A stretch of 64,000 nt of DNA from Planctomycetota bacterium (GCA_016207825.1 JACQZI010000005.1:108949-172948), one strand, 5' to 3'; shown: positions 44,801 through 53,920, counted from the first letter of the stretch. Notes: generated from the sequence alone by a model not told the origin. Translations and numbers: made by a program.

Positions 44801-47117
44801 GAATGACCGTGACCGATTCGCGCGCGGTATTGGAACGCCCCTCGGTGACCGGCGGGACATTGTAATAATATACCGCATACGCCTTGTTTTCATACTTGCC
44901 GAAAGTGACTCCGCTTCCCACGACTAATTGATAAGTTAAAATCTTACTCTCGCCGACAATAAAATCACCCGCGTCAAAGGCAAGCGTTGCCGCACCGGTC
45001 GGGTCGGCCTGCTTAACCCCGTTCAGCAACGTCGAACCCCGGACATATTTAAAGCCAAAAGGAATCCGGTCGTAAACGGTCGTCGTCCTCGTGGCATCGG
45101 TCGGGTCAGGGCCTTTGTTGGTAATATTGATTTGATACGTTACGATATCGCCGATTGTTACTTGCTGCTTATTAGCTTTCTTGGTAAGGGAAATATCCGC
45201 CGGGTCGGGCGGCGCTTGTCCGATGGCGTAAAGCTTGTCGTCATTGGCGCCGACATAAACTACCGGGCTTATTGCAGAGCTGTTTGCCAGCGCCGGAGTG
45301 GAACGGATTGGCTGTCCCGTATTATAATCCCAGTTGGCGATCCCTGTCGGCGAGATAGAATATAATTTACCGTCATCCGAACCGATATAAACCGCGCCGG
45401 TTGAATCAATGGTCGGCGATGAACGGATATTATTTCCGGTAACAAAAGGGAATCCGGCAACGATTGCACCGGTAGGATCCAGGCAATAAAGCTTGTCGTC
45501 ATCCGACCCGAAATAGATATTGCCTCCGGCATCGACGGCTGGTGATGAATAAACCGCCCCGTTGGTCTGGTAGCGCCACTTCAATGTCCCGTCCGCATTT
45601 AACGCGTACAAATAATTATCCAAAGAGCCGATGTAAACCGTTCCGTCCGCCGCTATCGCCGGAGATGAAACGATGCCGCTACCGGTCGGGTAAGACCACT
45701 TGATGGTGCTATCCGGATTCACGGCGTAAACCCTGCCGTCTGCCGAGCCGACATAAATCGTCCCGTCCGCCGCTATCGCCGGCGATGTCTCCAGCCACGG
45801 CCCACACTGGCGCGACCATTTGAAACTACCGTCGTAATTAATCGCGTAAAGATTGCCGTTAATCGAGCCGACGTAAACCGTCCCGTCCGCGCCGATTGCC
45901 GGAGAAGATTTCAGCCAGCTTCCCGTATCATAAGTCCATTTCTGCGTCCCGCCCGGATTGATTGCGTGGAGCATGCCGGATGCCGCGCCGATAAAAATGG
46001 TGCCGTCCGCGGCAATCGCCGGGGATGAATGAACCAGCCCGCCGATTACATACGGACCCGCCCAGACAGTGGAACTCGATGGCGTGATTTTGTAAAGGTT
46101 GCCGTCGTAAGAGGCAATGTAAATATTATTGGCGGCGTCTATTGCCGGTGACGATTCCACATCTCCGCCTGTAGAAAATGCCCATTTGAACGTATTGGTT
46201 ATCGGCCCCTGATACGGGCTTAAGCCGGTGTGCCTAAGGTCGTGGTGGAACATCGGGCTGGGGGAATTCAAGAGCGCCGAGCCATCCGCAATCACGTTGA
46301 CGTCCGCCGTGGCTGATGCCGTAAAGCCCTGGTTATCCGCCAACTCCATCTTTACCGTGTATGTCCCGACTCCCGGATACGTATAGGAAGAGGTTTTTAT
46401 TTTGCTGTATGCCGTATCCCAGACGCCATCGTTGGTGTAATCCCAGCGCACCATCAAAGCCGAGGCGGTTTCGTGGAGGTCATAAGATGCCGAGCCGTCA
46501 AGGTAAAACGCCGTGGAAACCGTGCCGGTAACCGGGATGGCCGTAAGGATGGCGACTGGGGGTAATTCGGGCACCTCGCTTTCTTTCTGGTTAAAGTTGA
46601 TGATACTGCCGACCACCACGGCCAATCCGCCAAAATGCCATAGACCAAGTTCCGTCTTCTCCCCGATTTGCGATGCCACCTTCGTAACCATCTGGATATC
46701 CGAAACAAACTCGGCCGAAGATCCCGCGAGCTTCGTCCCAATCTTTAAAAGGCCTTCGGGCGTTTTCTGGTAATAGACTATCTCGTATTTCTCCGGCGGC
46801 GAGAATTCTATGAGGTTCGTGTATTTCTCGTAAGTGATTTCCTTTCCGTCCAGCAGAATCTTTTCCGGAATCCATGCCTGGTTAACCCGCGACGGGGTCT
46901 TGCTGATGGAAACGTCATCCTTTGCCCAGGCATACATGATATAATAGTAATATGCCTCAGCCGGAGCCATGGTCTTGGTAAAGCGGTCGAGCACCACGGA
47001 ATCTACCTGGTTTAAAACCTCCTGCCAGCGGTAAACAACCTCGATAGTTTCGGCAGACAAGGAAAGATTCACTGCGGCTATTATTATAAAAATATAAATA
47101 AAAACAGCTTTCCTCAT
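41820..47117 (-). CDS. 1765-aa multidomain surface/outer-membrane protein
   Basis: Domain order: signal peptide; PKD-like (LDGSASYD...WDYTNDGVWD); eight PQQ/BamB-like propeller blades (SSPAI..DGT.Y.GS.DG.LYA.N.DGT.KW); DUF11-like (LTKKANKQQVTIGDIVTYQINITNKGPD); SdrD-B/Cna-B-like (GKVFEDANNNGVQDEGEKG...DGKYHVPGVMPGTHLL). A ~900-aa beta-strand-rich C-terminal region follows, possibly a barrel. Confidence 0.8.
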   Translation of the reverse strand: MRKAVFIYIFIIIAAVNLSLSAETIEVVYRWQEVLNQVDSVVLDRFTKTMAPAEAYYYYIMYAWAKDDVSISKTPSRVNQAWIPEKILLDGKEITYEKYTNLIEFSPPEKYEIVYYQKTPEGLLKIGTKLAGSSAEFVSDIQMVTKVASQIGEKTELGLWHFGGLAVVVGSIINFNQKESEVPELPPVAILTAIPVTGTVSTAFYLDGSASYDLHETASALMVRWDYTNDGVWDTAYSKIKTSSYTYPGVGTYTVKMELADNQGFTASATADVNVIADGSALLNSPSPMFHHDLRHTGLSPYQGPITNTFKWAFSTGGDVESSPAIDAANNIYIASYDGNLYKITPSSSTVWAGPYVIGGLVHSSPAIAADGTIFIGAASGMLHAINPGGTQKWTYDTGSWLKSSPAIGADGTVYVGSINGNLYAINYDGSFKWSRQCGPWLETSPAIAADGTIYVGSADGRVYAVNPDSTIKWSYPTGSGIVSSPAIAADGTVYIGSLDNYLYALNADGTLKWRYQTNGAVYSSPAVDAGGNIYFGSDDDKLYCLDPTGAIVAGFPFVTGNNIRSSPTIDSTGAVYIGSDDGKLYSISPTGIANWDYNTGQPIRSTPALANSSAISPVVYVGANDDKLYAIGQAPPDPADISLTKKANKQQVTIGDIVTYQINITNKGPDPTDATRTTTVYDRIPFGFKYVRGSTLLNGVKQADPTGAATLAFDAGDFIVGESKILTYQLVVGSGVTFGKYENKAYAVYYYNVPPVTEGRSNTARESVTVIPDPIFDLGTIIGKVFEDANNNGVQDEGEKGIAKAKIIMEDGTIITTDKDGKYHVPGVMPGTHLLSLKVQGFNSSKVVRVTEGLLCKVNFPVNSKNSTNSTDSLDLVILGEGVAGYNNTSGNINPVKHNDMYNDGAYGQGRVAGYLKTTINGKYRITSSVDTDRIANRENERSLSRYIDPDKYYLTYGDTSKVSWDATNTQGPVYLLAEHLPSGSNLVVGNYQTGLNKTELLNYNRTLYGAKVYVNKTNNDQKTMTNATLFGAQAKQLSGHNEFKATGGTFYYLENRNVVRGSEQIRIEVRDKITNLTLSNTPLSQGDDYEIDYSNGRIVLTKPVASVESSNGLISTGLLNGNPAYIIIDYEYEPDRSHWTRGSYGGSASRQIPIPGEQFQVKLGGTYIREETLDENYELRGANTSLTLFTKNKLDIEYAESVSFAIPNSLSTDGGLSFSNIPNAVQPKGAAYSIKTTINEIDRLPISAYYKRLQPDFISSDTVNQQGTEKYGLSVSNSMLEGKLNLIARYDAQELLELDTENLATRFQVGAKRTETASLHGNYTPNNQWAFNGEYRHQEAHIPLNAIQGETNRDTDIVAARVERKFYGGVFRTYLGQQATLNGDSNYQTTLGAAASIVDPDTMDIVSTARVEATSGTDGNAQLVGVETKLNELWSLYTNYRQGLTRTEGRESLFTTGTAYKPDESTRVYTQQEYKKSEISEANSQRVGVDKQINVYWRWNGNFEKSRLQNYDTSETERYSASTAIGYYSKPLVITTRLEVRFDENTMVGDRNQYLTSNSFKWNMERNLYIDGRFNWAQTLNQATETTEALYREYGLGVGYRPVNWDRLNILAKYTRLTDDYPASQADLLNAIRITRQRLNIYSIELAYDVTKKLEVIEKYALKEGEEKVVNYPWMDSKTTLHLTRFNYKIFDKWTAGLEYRTLRQYLADDTKSGFLAEVLYKLADSFYIGGGYNFTDFSDDLTINNDYSLKGAFVRFVVAFSK

Positions 47118-47140
47118 TCTTCCTCGCTATTCACTCCTCA

Positions 47141-47908
47141 CTACTCGTTACTCTCCAAGAAATCCAATCTCCTCGTCTTTTCCGTAATCACTGTCTGCGC
47201 CCCGGTAGTCTGGTAAGCCAGAAGGATAATCTGGGTGCGGTATTCTCCCTCATACAACAACGCCTTGACCAAGCCGGAGAAAGGGAGGGGCGGGGCATAC
47301 CAGATAGCGCCTTCATAGCCATCTTCATCCGGTATCAGGTTTACCTTATCGCACTTAAGCCAGGTTTCTTTATTGTTTACGTTTATCTGCACCTCATCGG
47401 TTTCCTTTTTACCCGAATGTTCCGGCTGGGTAAAAGGAATCGGCGGGATGCTCCGGGTCATTTCATAGAAGAGCCCTTCCGCGCTCAGGCGCGTCCGCAC
47501 TTCCCAGCGCTTCAGCTCTATTTCCACCGCCTGCATGTTATTGAATTTCATGATTAGCTTGAAGGGCTGGGGATTGCCTTTTTCATCCACCATGAATTTG
47601 AAGACACGTTGCTGGTCGGTGCCGTCGTTTATGACGTATTCCACCCAGAAATACTCGGCATCTTTCCAGAGCGCCTTGCTGGTGATGCTGATTTTGACGA
47701 TGCCTTCGGAAAGCTGGCTGGGATTGGCTTCCGGGCTGTATTTGACATAGCGCCGGAGGCGGTAGGTGACGGATTCGCCGATGGAGAAGGAGGAAGGCAA
47801 GGCAAGCCGTGAAGCGGCGGGGACAAATTCCGTAACAACCAGCTTCTCCACCCCCTTACAGCCGAACGCTGACAAAACAAACAATAGGCAAAGGCATAAT
47901 TTCTTCAT
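47141..47908 (-). CDS. hypothetical lipoprotein/secreted protein (255 aa)
   Basis: MKKLCLCLLFVLSAFGC signal. First gene of the cluster containing the 1765-aa protein. Confidence 0.6.
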   Translation of the reverse strand: MKKLCLCLLFVLSAFGCKGVEKLVVTEFVPAASRLALPSSFSIGESVTYRLRRYVKYSPEANPSQLSEGIVKISITSKALWKDAEYFWVEYVINDGTDQQRVFKFMVDEKGNPQPFKLIMKFNNMQAVEIELKRWEVRTRLSAEGLFYEMTRSIPPIPFTQPEHSGKKETDEVQINVNNKETWLKCDKVNLIPDEDGYEGAIWYAPPLPFSGLVKALLYEGEYRTQIILLAYQTTGAQTVITEKTRRLDFLESNE

Positions 47909-47917
47909 GGCAAGTCA

Positions 47918-47946
47918 ATTATAAATTTAGATTGTAACGGGGTCAA
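47918..47946 (-). promoter_or_regulatory. consensus promoter giving a (near-)leaderless transcript
   Basis: On the minus strand: TTGACC (47941-47946), 17 bp, TATAAT (47918-47923). Only 9 nt separate the -10 from ATG 47908, and there is no SD. Confidence 0.5.
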
Positions 47947-47980
47947 GGTAAAAAATTTTCATATATTTTTATTTTTTGGC

Positions 47981-48009
47981 TTGACAAAGTCATAATTATG
48001 GTTTATACT
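47981..48009 (+). promoter_or_regulatory. consensus sigma-70 promoter of the EndoQ-like gene
   Basis: TTGACA (47981-47986), 17 bp, TATACT (48004-48009). Confidence 0.5.
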
Positions 48010-48099
48010 TTTAGCGTTAGTTTTAAATAGTGTGCTTCTAAGAAACCGTCAGGCATAGCGTGAGCTTTGCTTGAATATAAAATAAGGAAGAAGTTCCCA

Positions 48100-49383
48100 A
48101 TGAAGTTCATTGCGGACTTTCACATACATTCCAAATACAGCCGGGCGACCAGCCCGGAGATGAATGTCGAAATACTCTCCCGCTGGGCAAAAATCAAGGG
48201 CATCAAACTTTTAGGCACGGGCGATTTTACCCACCCCAATTACTTCGCGGAACTACGCTTGCGCCTGACAGACGCAGGGAACGGATTCTTCACCCTAAAG
48301 AAAGGCGAAAAATCCACCCACTTCATCCTGAGCGCGGAAATCAGCAATATCTTCACCCAAAACGGCAAAGGCCGGAGAATCCATACGCTCATCCTGGCCC
48401 CCAGCTTCGACGCGGTCAGCAAGATAAACGCCAAGTTGAAGCGCATGGGCAACGTTTCCTCGGACGGACGCCCCATCTTCGGGCAGCCGGTCAAGGAGAT
48501 GGCCAAGATGATCATGGATACCGCTCCGGAATGTTTCCTCGTGCCAGCGCATGCCTGGACGCCCTGGTTTTCCCTCTACGGGGCGAATTCCGGGTTCGAT
48601 TCCATCGAAGAATGCTTCGGCGAAGAGGCCAAATACATCCACTGCATCGAAACCGGGCTCTCTTCCGACCCGGCGATGAACTGGCGGCTCTCCAAACTGG
48701 ATAAGGTTGCCTTGATTTCCAATTCCGACGCGCACTCACCCCGTAAAATCGGACGGGAGGCGAACGTCTTTGACGCGGAGTTTTCCTATAAATCCATCAT
48801 CGATACCCTCAAGGCCAGGGACCCCAAGCGATTCCTTTACACGATAGAATTTTTCCCGGAGGAAGGCAAATACCATTTCGACGGGCACCGCGACTGCAAC
48901 GTGGCGCTTTCGCCCGCGGAAAGCAAGAAGAACAATAACCTCTGCCCCAAATGCAGGAAGCCGCTCACCATCGGCGTCATGCACCGGGTAGAGGCGCTGG
49001 CCGACCGGCCGGAGGGATTTGTCCCACCCAACAGCATCCCCTATAAAAACCTGGTTCCGCTGGAGGAAATCATCGCGGATGCGCTCGATGTCTCCACCGG
49101 AACGACCACGGAAGAAGCCGCCTACGACAAGCTGATTGAAAAATGCGGTAGCGAATTCAAGATACTCCTGGATATGCAACTGGATGAAATCTCCCACTTC
49201 GCGGACGATAAAGTCGTAAAAGGCATCAAACTGGTCCGGGAAGGGAAGCTCCATATCGAACCGGGCCACGACGGCGTTTACGGGAAAATCAGGATTTTCG
49301 AACACACCCCGCCGAAAGACGCACCGGCAAGCCAGCTTTCCTCTTTCAGGTTTGCCCCGCCCAGCCAGATGAAGCTTTTCTAA
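48100..49383 (+). CDS. endonuclease Q-like PHP-domain protein (TIGR00375-type)
   Basis: ATG 48100 after AAGGAAGAAG; the track start 48067 is upstream. N-terminal PHP motif FIADFHIHSKYSRATS. Zn-finger-like CPKCRKPLTIGVMHRVEALAD. Confidence 0.7.
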   Translation: MKFIADFHIHSKYSRATSPEMNVEILSRWAKIKGIKLLGTGDFTHPNYFAELRLRLTDAGNGFFTLKKGEKSTHFILSAEISNIFTQNGKGRRIHTLILAPSFDAVSKINAKLKRMGNVSSDGRPIFGQPVKEMAKMIMDTAPECFLVPAHAWTPWFSLYGANSGFDSIEECFGEEAKYIHCIETGLSSDPAMNWRLSKLDKVALISNSDAHSPRKIGREANVFDAEFSYKSIIDTLKARDPKRFLYTIEFFPEEGKYHFDGHRDCNVALSPAESKKNNNLCPKCRKPLTIGVMHRVEALADRPEGFVPPNSIPYKNLVPLEEIIADALDVSTGTTTEEAAYDKLIEKCGSEFKILLDMQLDEISHFADDKVVKGIKLVREGKLHIEPGHDGVYGKIRIFEHTPPKDAPASQLSSFRFAPPSQMKLF

Positions 49384-49482
49384 ATTTCCCCGGTGCCCTT
49401 ATGGAACAAATCCGGCTTTATTCGTGCCATTCGTGTTTATAAATCAGCGCATAAAAAAAATGAATAATTTTCAAAATTAGAG

Positions 49483-49511
49483 TTGACATTTCAGGTTTTT
49501 GCGGTTATACT
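49483..49511 (+). promoter_or_regulatory. consensus sigma-70 promoter of the pseudopilin gene
   Basis: TTGACA (49483-49488), 17 bp, TATACT (49506-49511). SD GGAGGAA and ATG 49533. Confidence 0.5.
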
Positions 49512-49532
49512 ATTGCCGGAGGAATTTAAAAT

Positions 49533-50066
49533 ATGCAAAATAAAAGATTACATCATGGGAAAAACACGGGCTTCACGCTGATAGAACTCCTGGTCGTCAT
49601 CGCCATCATTACGGTATTAGCCACGTATCTCATGGTAAACTTCCTGGGGTTTAACTGTTCGGCCAGGCAGGCGGCATCCAAGGCGGCCATCAGCGCCATG
49701 TCCGAATCCTTAGAATTATTCTACGCGGACTACGGCGGCTATCCCAAACAGGCCGCGTCAAACTTTTCGTCATCGGTCCTGGTCGAGGCTTTGAAAGGCG
49801 ACCTGACCGCCGACCCGCCCAAAAAGCAATACTATCCCTTCAAAAGGGGGGAAACCGGACAGGGCGGCGAATGGGTCAACAAACTGGGATTCCCCTATTA
49901 TTACCGCAATAATAACGCAGAAAATTATTCCAGCAAAAAACCACCCCCGCCCGACGTGCGGAATATAAGCACCTTTGATATCTGGAGCCAGGATTGCAAG
50001 ACCCCTGAAGGCATGACTGACCCCATGCAAATAGCCGGTAAGACGATTATTTGCAATTGGGAATAA
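49533..50066 (+). CDS. prepilin-type N-terminal cleavage/methylation domain protein (pseudopilin-like)
   Basis: KNTGFTLIELLVVIAIITVLA is a class III signal / N-methylation motif. Confidence 0.85.
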   Translation: MQNKRLHHGKNTGFTLIELLVVIAIITVLATYLMVNFLGFNCSARQAASKAAISAMSESLELFYADYGGYPKQAASNFSSSVLVEALKGDLTADPPKKQYYPFKRGETGQGGEWVNKLGFPYYYRNNNAENYSSKKPPPPDVRNISTFDIWSQDCKTPEGMTDPMQIAGKTIICNWE

Positions 50067-50118
50067 CGGTTAATAATCAAGAGGAATTTTGAAATTAGTT
50101 ATAGAAGGAGGGGATATT

Positions 50119-50355
50119 ATGCTGCCACAAATAGGCGAGACTGCCGGACAGGTCTGGTATGCACTGGGCAAAAACGGGAAGACACCTGCAAGCAAACTGG
50201 GGAAAATGCTCAATCTTTCCCCCGAACATGTGCACCTGGCAATAGGCTGGCTGGCACGGGAAAACAAAATTCATCTTTCCTTTGACGGCAAAACAGCCAA
50301 TGCCGAACTGACGGACAGCGAAAAGAAGGCCTACGCGCACCACTGCAAGAAATAA
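50119..50355 (+). CDS. small winged-helix-like protein (78 aa)
   Basis: AAGGAGG sits 8 nt before ATG 50119; the track start 50089 is upstream. Sequence IGETAGQVWYALGKNGKTPASKLGKMLNLSPEHVHLAIGWLAREN has wHTH character. The family assignment is from memory only. Confidence 0.5.
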   Translation: MLPQIGETAGQVWYALGKNGKTPASKLGKMLNLSPEHVHLAIGWLARENKIHLSFDGKTANAELTDSEKKAYAHHCKK

Positions 50356-50357
50356 GC

Positions 50358-52160
50358 TTAAGCCTTGAACTGGAGCTTGTAGAGCTTGTAGTAGATGCCT
50401 TTTCTTTCCAATAGTTCCCGGTGGGTTCCCATTTCTTTCAACTCGCCGTGATGTATCACCAAGATTCTATCCACGTTTTTGATGGTGGAAAGGCGGTGGG
50501 CAATGATGATGGACGTTCGGCCTTTTATCACCTTCTTTATGGCGTCCTGGATATAGCTTTCCGTTTCTACGTCGATGGAGGAAGTGGCTTCATCCAGAAT
50601 CAATATCCTGGGATCGAAGACCAGTGCCCTAGTAAATGAAAGGAGCTGGCGCTGGCCCGTGGAAAAAGTGACGCCGCGCTCCGCAACCGAGCCCTCGTAT
50701 TGGTTGGGCAATTGTTCGATAAACGTATCCGCATGGACATACTTCGCGATTTCCCGGCATTTCTCCAGGCTGATATTTTTCTCACCCAAACAGATATTGT
50801 CAAGGACCGTGCCGGAAAAGAGGAATACATCCTGGAGGACTATTCCCATCTGTTTCCGCAATTCGGACTGGCGCAGGTTACGGATATCCACTCCGTCGAT
50901 AAGTATCCGCCCTTTGCCGACGTCATAGAACCGGGAAAGCAGGTTGATGATGGTGGATTTGCCGCTACCGGTTATCCCGACGATGGCGATGCTTTCACCG
51001 GGCTTGACCGAGAATGATATATTCTTCAGGACATAAAGAGGCGGGGCTTCCTTATTCTCATCCGAAGGATAGGCAAACCAGACGTCTTCAAACTTTATTT
51101 CGCCCTTTATTGCGGGCAAAGGAATCGGCTTTTCCGCATCGACGATATCTTCGGGCGTATCCATAATCTTAAACACCCTTTCAGCCGAAGCCATGGCGGA
51201 CTGGAAAAGGGTGTATTTATCCGCCAAATCCTGTATCGGGTCGAAAAAGTGCATGGTATAGGTCAGGAAGGTAACCAGGACGCCTAATTCGATGACTTTA
51301 TCAAAAACCGCGCTGCCCCCGTAATACAACACCAGCCCGATAGAAACAGCCCTCATGATAGTTACCGAAGAAATAAACGAACCGTCATATTTAATCGAAC
51401 GGTAGCATGCATCAAAATGCTCCTTGTTGATATCGTTAAACAGTTCCTGGTTTTTATCCTCCCGGTTGAATAATTTGGTGATGCGGATTCCCGCGACATT
51501 TTCCGCGATATAGGCGTTAATCCGGGCAAGTTTTATCCTGATATCACGGTAGGCATTGCGTATCCGCACTTTAAAGAAAAAGGTCAGCGGAATCAGGAAT
51601 AACGCAATTGAAAGTGCGATTAAGGTCAAATAGATATCCATCCACCACATCACGATAATAAGGCCGATAAGCATTACGACATCCTGGAAAACCGTAATCA
51701 GCCCGACCGAAAATAATTCGCTCAATGTCCCAATATCGTTGGTGACGCGGGTGACGAGGCGGCCGACCGGGTTTTTATCGAAGAACCGGAGCGACATTTT
51801 CTGCAGGTGGGAAAAGAGCCGCGCCCTCAAATCAAACATTATTTTCTGCCCCAGGTAGGCCAAAACATAGGTGGAAACATAATCGGTAAGCCAGCTTAAA
51901 AGCATCACCGCCAGGTAAAGTGCGGACAGGCTGTATAATTCCTGGAAATTCCTGGGCTTAATCCCTAAATCTATTATCAAGCCTATCAGCCTCGGCCCGG
52001 CAAGGAAACACGCGGTTGAAACCAGCACCAAAAAGAGCCCCAGTGCAAAGACGGCGTAATATGGGCGGGCATAACCAAACAGCCTCCTCATGAGCGTATG
52101 GTCATACACCTTGCCGAGGATTTCATCATCCGCGTGATAACTTTTTCCGTGGCCTCTCAT
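50358..52160 (-). CDS. ABC exporter, fused permease/ATPase (heterodimer partner B)
   Basis: Six-TM domain, then Walker A GITGSGKST, signature FSTGQRQ and Walker B ILILDEATS. Overlaps the upstream partner (ATGA). Confidence 0.9.
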   Translation of the reverse strand: MRGHGKSYHADDEILGKVYDHTLMRRLFGYARPYYAVFALGLFLVLVSTACFLAGPRLIGLIIDLGIKPRNFQELYSLSALYLAVMLLSWLTDYVSTYVLAYLGQKIMFDLRARLFSHLQKMSLRFFDKNPVGRLVTRVTNDIGTLSELFSVGLITVFQDVVMLIGLIIVMWWMDIYLTLIALSIALFLIPLTFFFKVRIRNAYRDIRIKLARINAYIAENVAGIRITKLFNREDKNQELFNDINKEHFDACYRSIKYDGSFISSVTIMRAVSIGLVLYYGGSAVFDKVIELGVLVTFLTYTMHFFDPIQDLADKYTLFQSAMASAERVFKIMDTPEDIVDAEKPIPLPAIKGEIKFEDVWFAYPSDENKEAPPLYVLKNISFSVKPGESIAIVGITGSGKSTIINLLSRFYDVGKGRILIDGVDIRNLRQSELRKQMGIVLQDVFLFSGTVLDNICLGEKNISLEKCREIAKYVHADTFIEQLPNQYEGSVAERGVTFSTGQRQLLSFTRALVFDPRILILDEATSSIDVETESYIQDAIKKVIKGRTSIIIAHRLSTIKNVDRILVIHHGELKEMGTHRELLERKGIYYKLYKLQFKA

Positions 52161-53920
52161 TCAATCCTCTCCAAATCGCTGATTAATTCCTGCTGCCTGT
52201 AGAAACCGGAATACCTGCCTTTTTTGGCCAATAATTCCTGGTGGGAACCGGTTTCGACGATGCGGCCTTTTTCCATGAAGATTATTATATCCGCAATCTT
52301 CACGACCGGCAGGCGGTGCGAAATGATTACGGTCGTAATGCCGGGCAATACGGTCTTGAACCGGCTCAAAATCGTTTCCTCGGTTTCCACGTCCACGCTG
52401 GAAAAACAATCATCCAGGACGAGTATTTTGGGCTTCTTAGCGAGTGCTCGCGCAATGGTGATGCGCTGTTTCTGCCCGCCGGAAAGGTTTACCCCCCGTT
52501 CTCCCAGGAGCGTCTCGTATTTTTCCGGGAAGCTTTCGATATCCTGGTTAATCATGGATAACTCCGAAGACTTCCTGATATTCGGCATCTCCGAATCGAT
52601 CGTTTGAGACAGGCCGAACCCGATATTTTCTTTTATGCTTTCGGAAAAGAGAAATACGTCCTGCGGGGTGAATCCGATTCGCCTGCGGAGTTCCCCCAAA
52701 TCATATTGCCTGATATCAACCCCGTCAATCAAGACGCTTCCTTCGGTCGGGTCAAAGAGCCGCGGGATGAGGTTTATCAAGGATGTCTTGCCGCAGCCGA
52801 CCGGTCCCATAATCGCCACGGTCTTGCCCGCCGGTATTTTGAGGCTTACTCCGGCTAAAGCCGGTTCTTTCTGCACACTTTCCAGCCCAAGCCCCTGGTA
52901 GGCCAATCCGACGTTTTTAAACTCGATTGCACCCTCTATTTCTTTGGCGACCGGTTGCGCGGGCGAAACGATTTCCGCTTTCGCATTAAAGATTTCCCTC
53001 AAGCGCTGCATGGAAGCGGCCGAACGCTGGAATATGGAAATCGTCCAGCCCAGCGCCATCATCGGCCAGAGCAGCCTGCCCATATATAAAGTGAAAGCGA
53101 CAAAAGTGCCCGGGGAAATGACCCCGTTAATCACTTCCTTGCCGCCGAAATAGAGAACCACCAAAATGCCCGCAGCAGCGCAAAAATGGAGCGTGGGTGA
53201 AAAAACCGCCTCCACTTTGGCAAGCGAAAGATTTTGATTCACATATTTGTCGTTTATCTCTTTAAAACCGGCTTTTTGGTTTTCCTCCTGGGCGAATGAC
53301 TTCACGACGCGGATGCCGGCGAAGTTTTCCTGCGCGTATGTGCTTATTTCCGCCGAGGTCTCCTGTATATCCTTGAAACGATGGTGGATAAGATTCCCCA
53401 TACGGTTGACGAAAAACGGCAGGAACGGCAATAGGAACATGCTCAAAATGGTGAGCTTCAGGCTCAGGAAAATCATTATCACCGGAACGGTGAATATATA
53501 AACGATGATATCCGCCCCGATAAAAAGCCCACGGGCATAAAACTGGCGCACGGCCTCGATATCGCTGGTCGCACGGGACATGATATCCCCGGTATAAGTC
53601 CGGTTAAAATAATTGCTGGAAAGGGTTTGCAGGTGGGAAAATAATTCCTCCCGGATATCGCGCGCCACCTTGAAGGAAGTCCCGAAGAAGAAAATACGGT
53701 ACCAGTATCTGCCCCTTCCCTGGATGATGCCCAATCCGACGTAGATTATCGCATACCATATAATAATTGCCAGCGCATTCGGCTTGGATAAATCGTCAAT
53801 CGCGTATTTGATGACCAGCGGGAAAGCGACATCCACCAGGTCGACGATTCCCAGCAGGATTATCGCCATGAAAAACTGCCACCGGTAACGCTTGAAGTAT
53901 ATCCAAAAAGCCTTAAACAT
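52157..53920 (-). CDS. ABC exporter, fused permease/ATPase (heterodimer partner A)
   Basis: Walker A GPVGCGKTS, signature LSGGQKQR and Walker B ILVLDDCFS. Confidence 0.9.
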   Translation of the reverse strand: MFKAFWIYFKRYRWQFFMAIILLGIVDLVDVAFPLVIKYAIDDLSKPNALAIIIWYAIIYVGLGIIQGRGRYWYRIFFFGTSFKVARDIREELFSHLQTLSSNYFNRTYTGDIMSRATSDIEAVRQFYARGLFIGADIIVYIFTVPVIMIFLSLKLTILSMFLLPFLPFFVNRMGNLIHHRFKDIQETSAEISTYAQENFAGIRVVKSFAQEENQKAGFKEINDKYVNQNLSLAKVEAVFSPTLHFCAAAGILVVLYFGGKEVINGVISPGTFVAFTLYMGRLLWPMMALGWTISIFQRSAASMQRLREIFNAKAEIVSPAQPVAKEIEGAIEFKNVGLAYQGLGLESVQKEPALAGVSLKIPAGKTVAIMGPVGCGKTSLINLIPRLFDPTEGSVLIDGVDIRQYDLGELRRRIGFTPQDVFLFSESIKENIGFGLSQTIDSEMPNIRKSSELSMINQDIESFPEKYETLLGERGVNLSGGQKQRITIARALAKKPKILVLDDCFSSVDVETEETILSRFKTVLPGITTVIISHRLPVVKIADIIIFMEKGRIVETGSHQELLAKKGRYSGFYRQQELISDLERIE

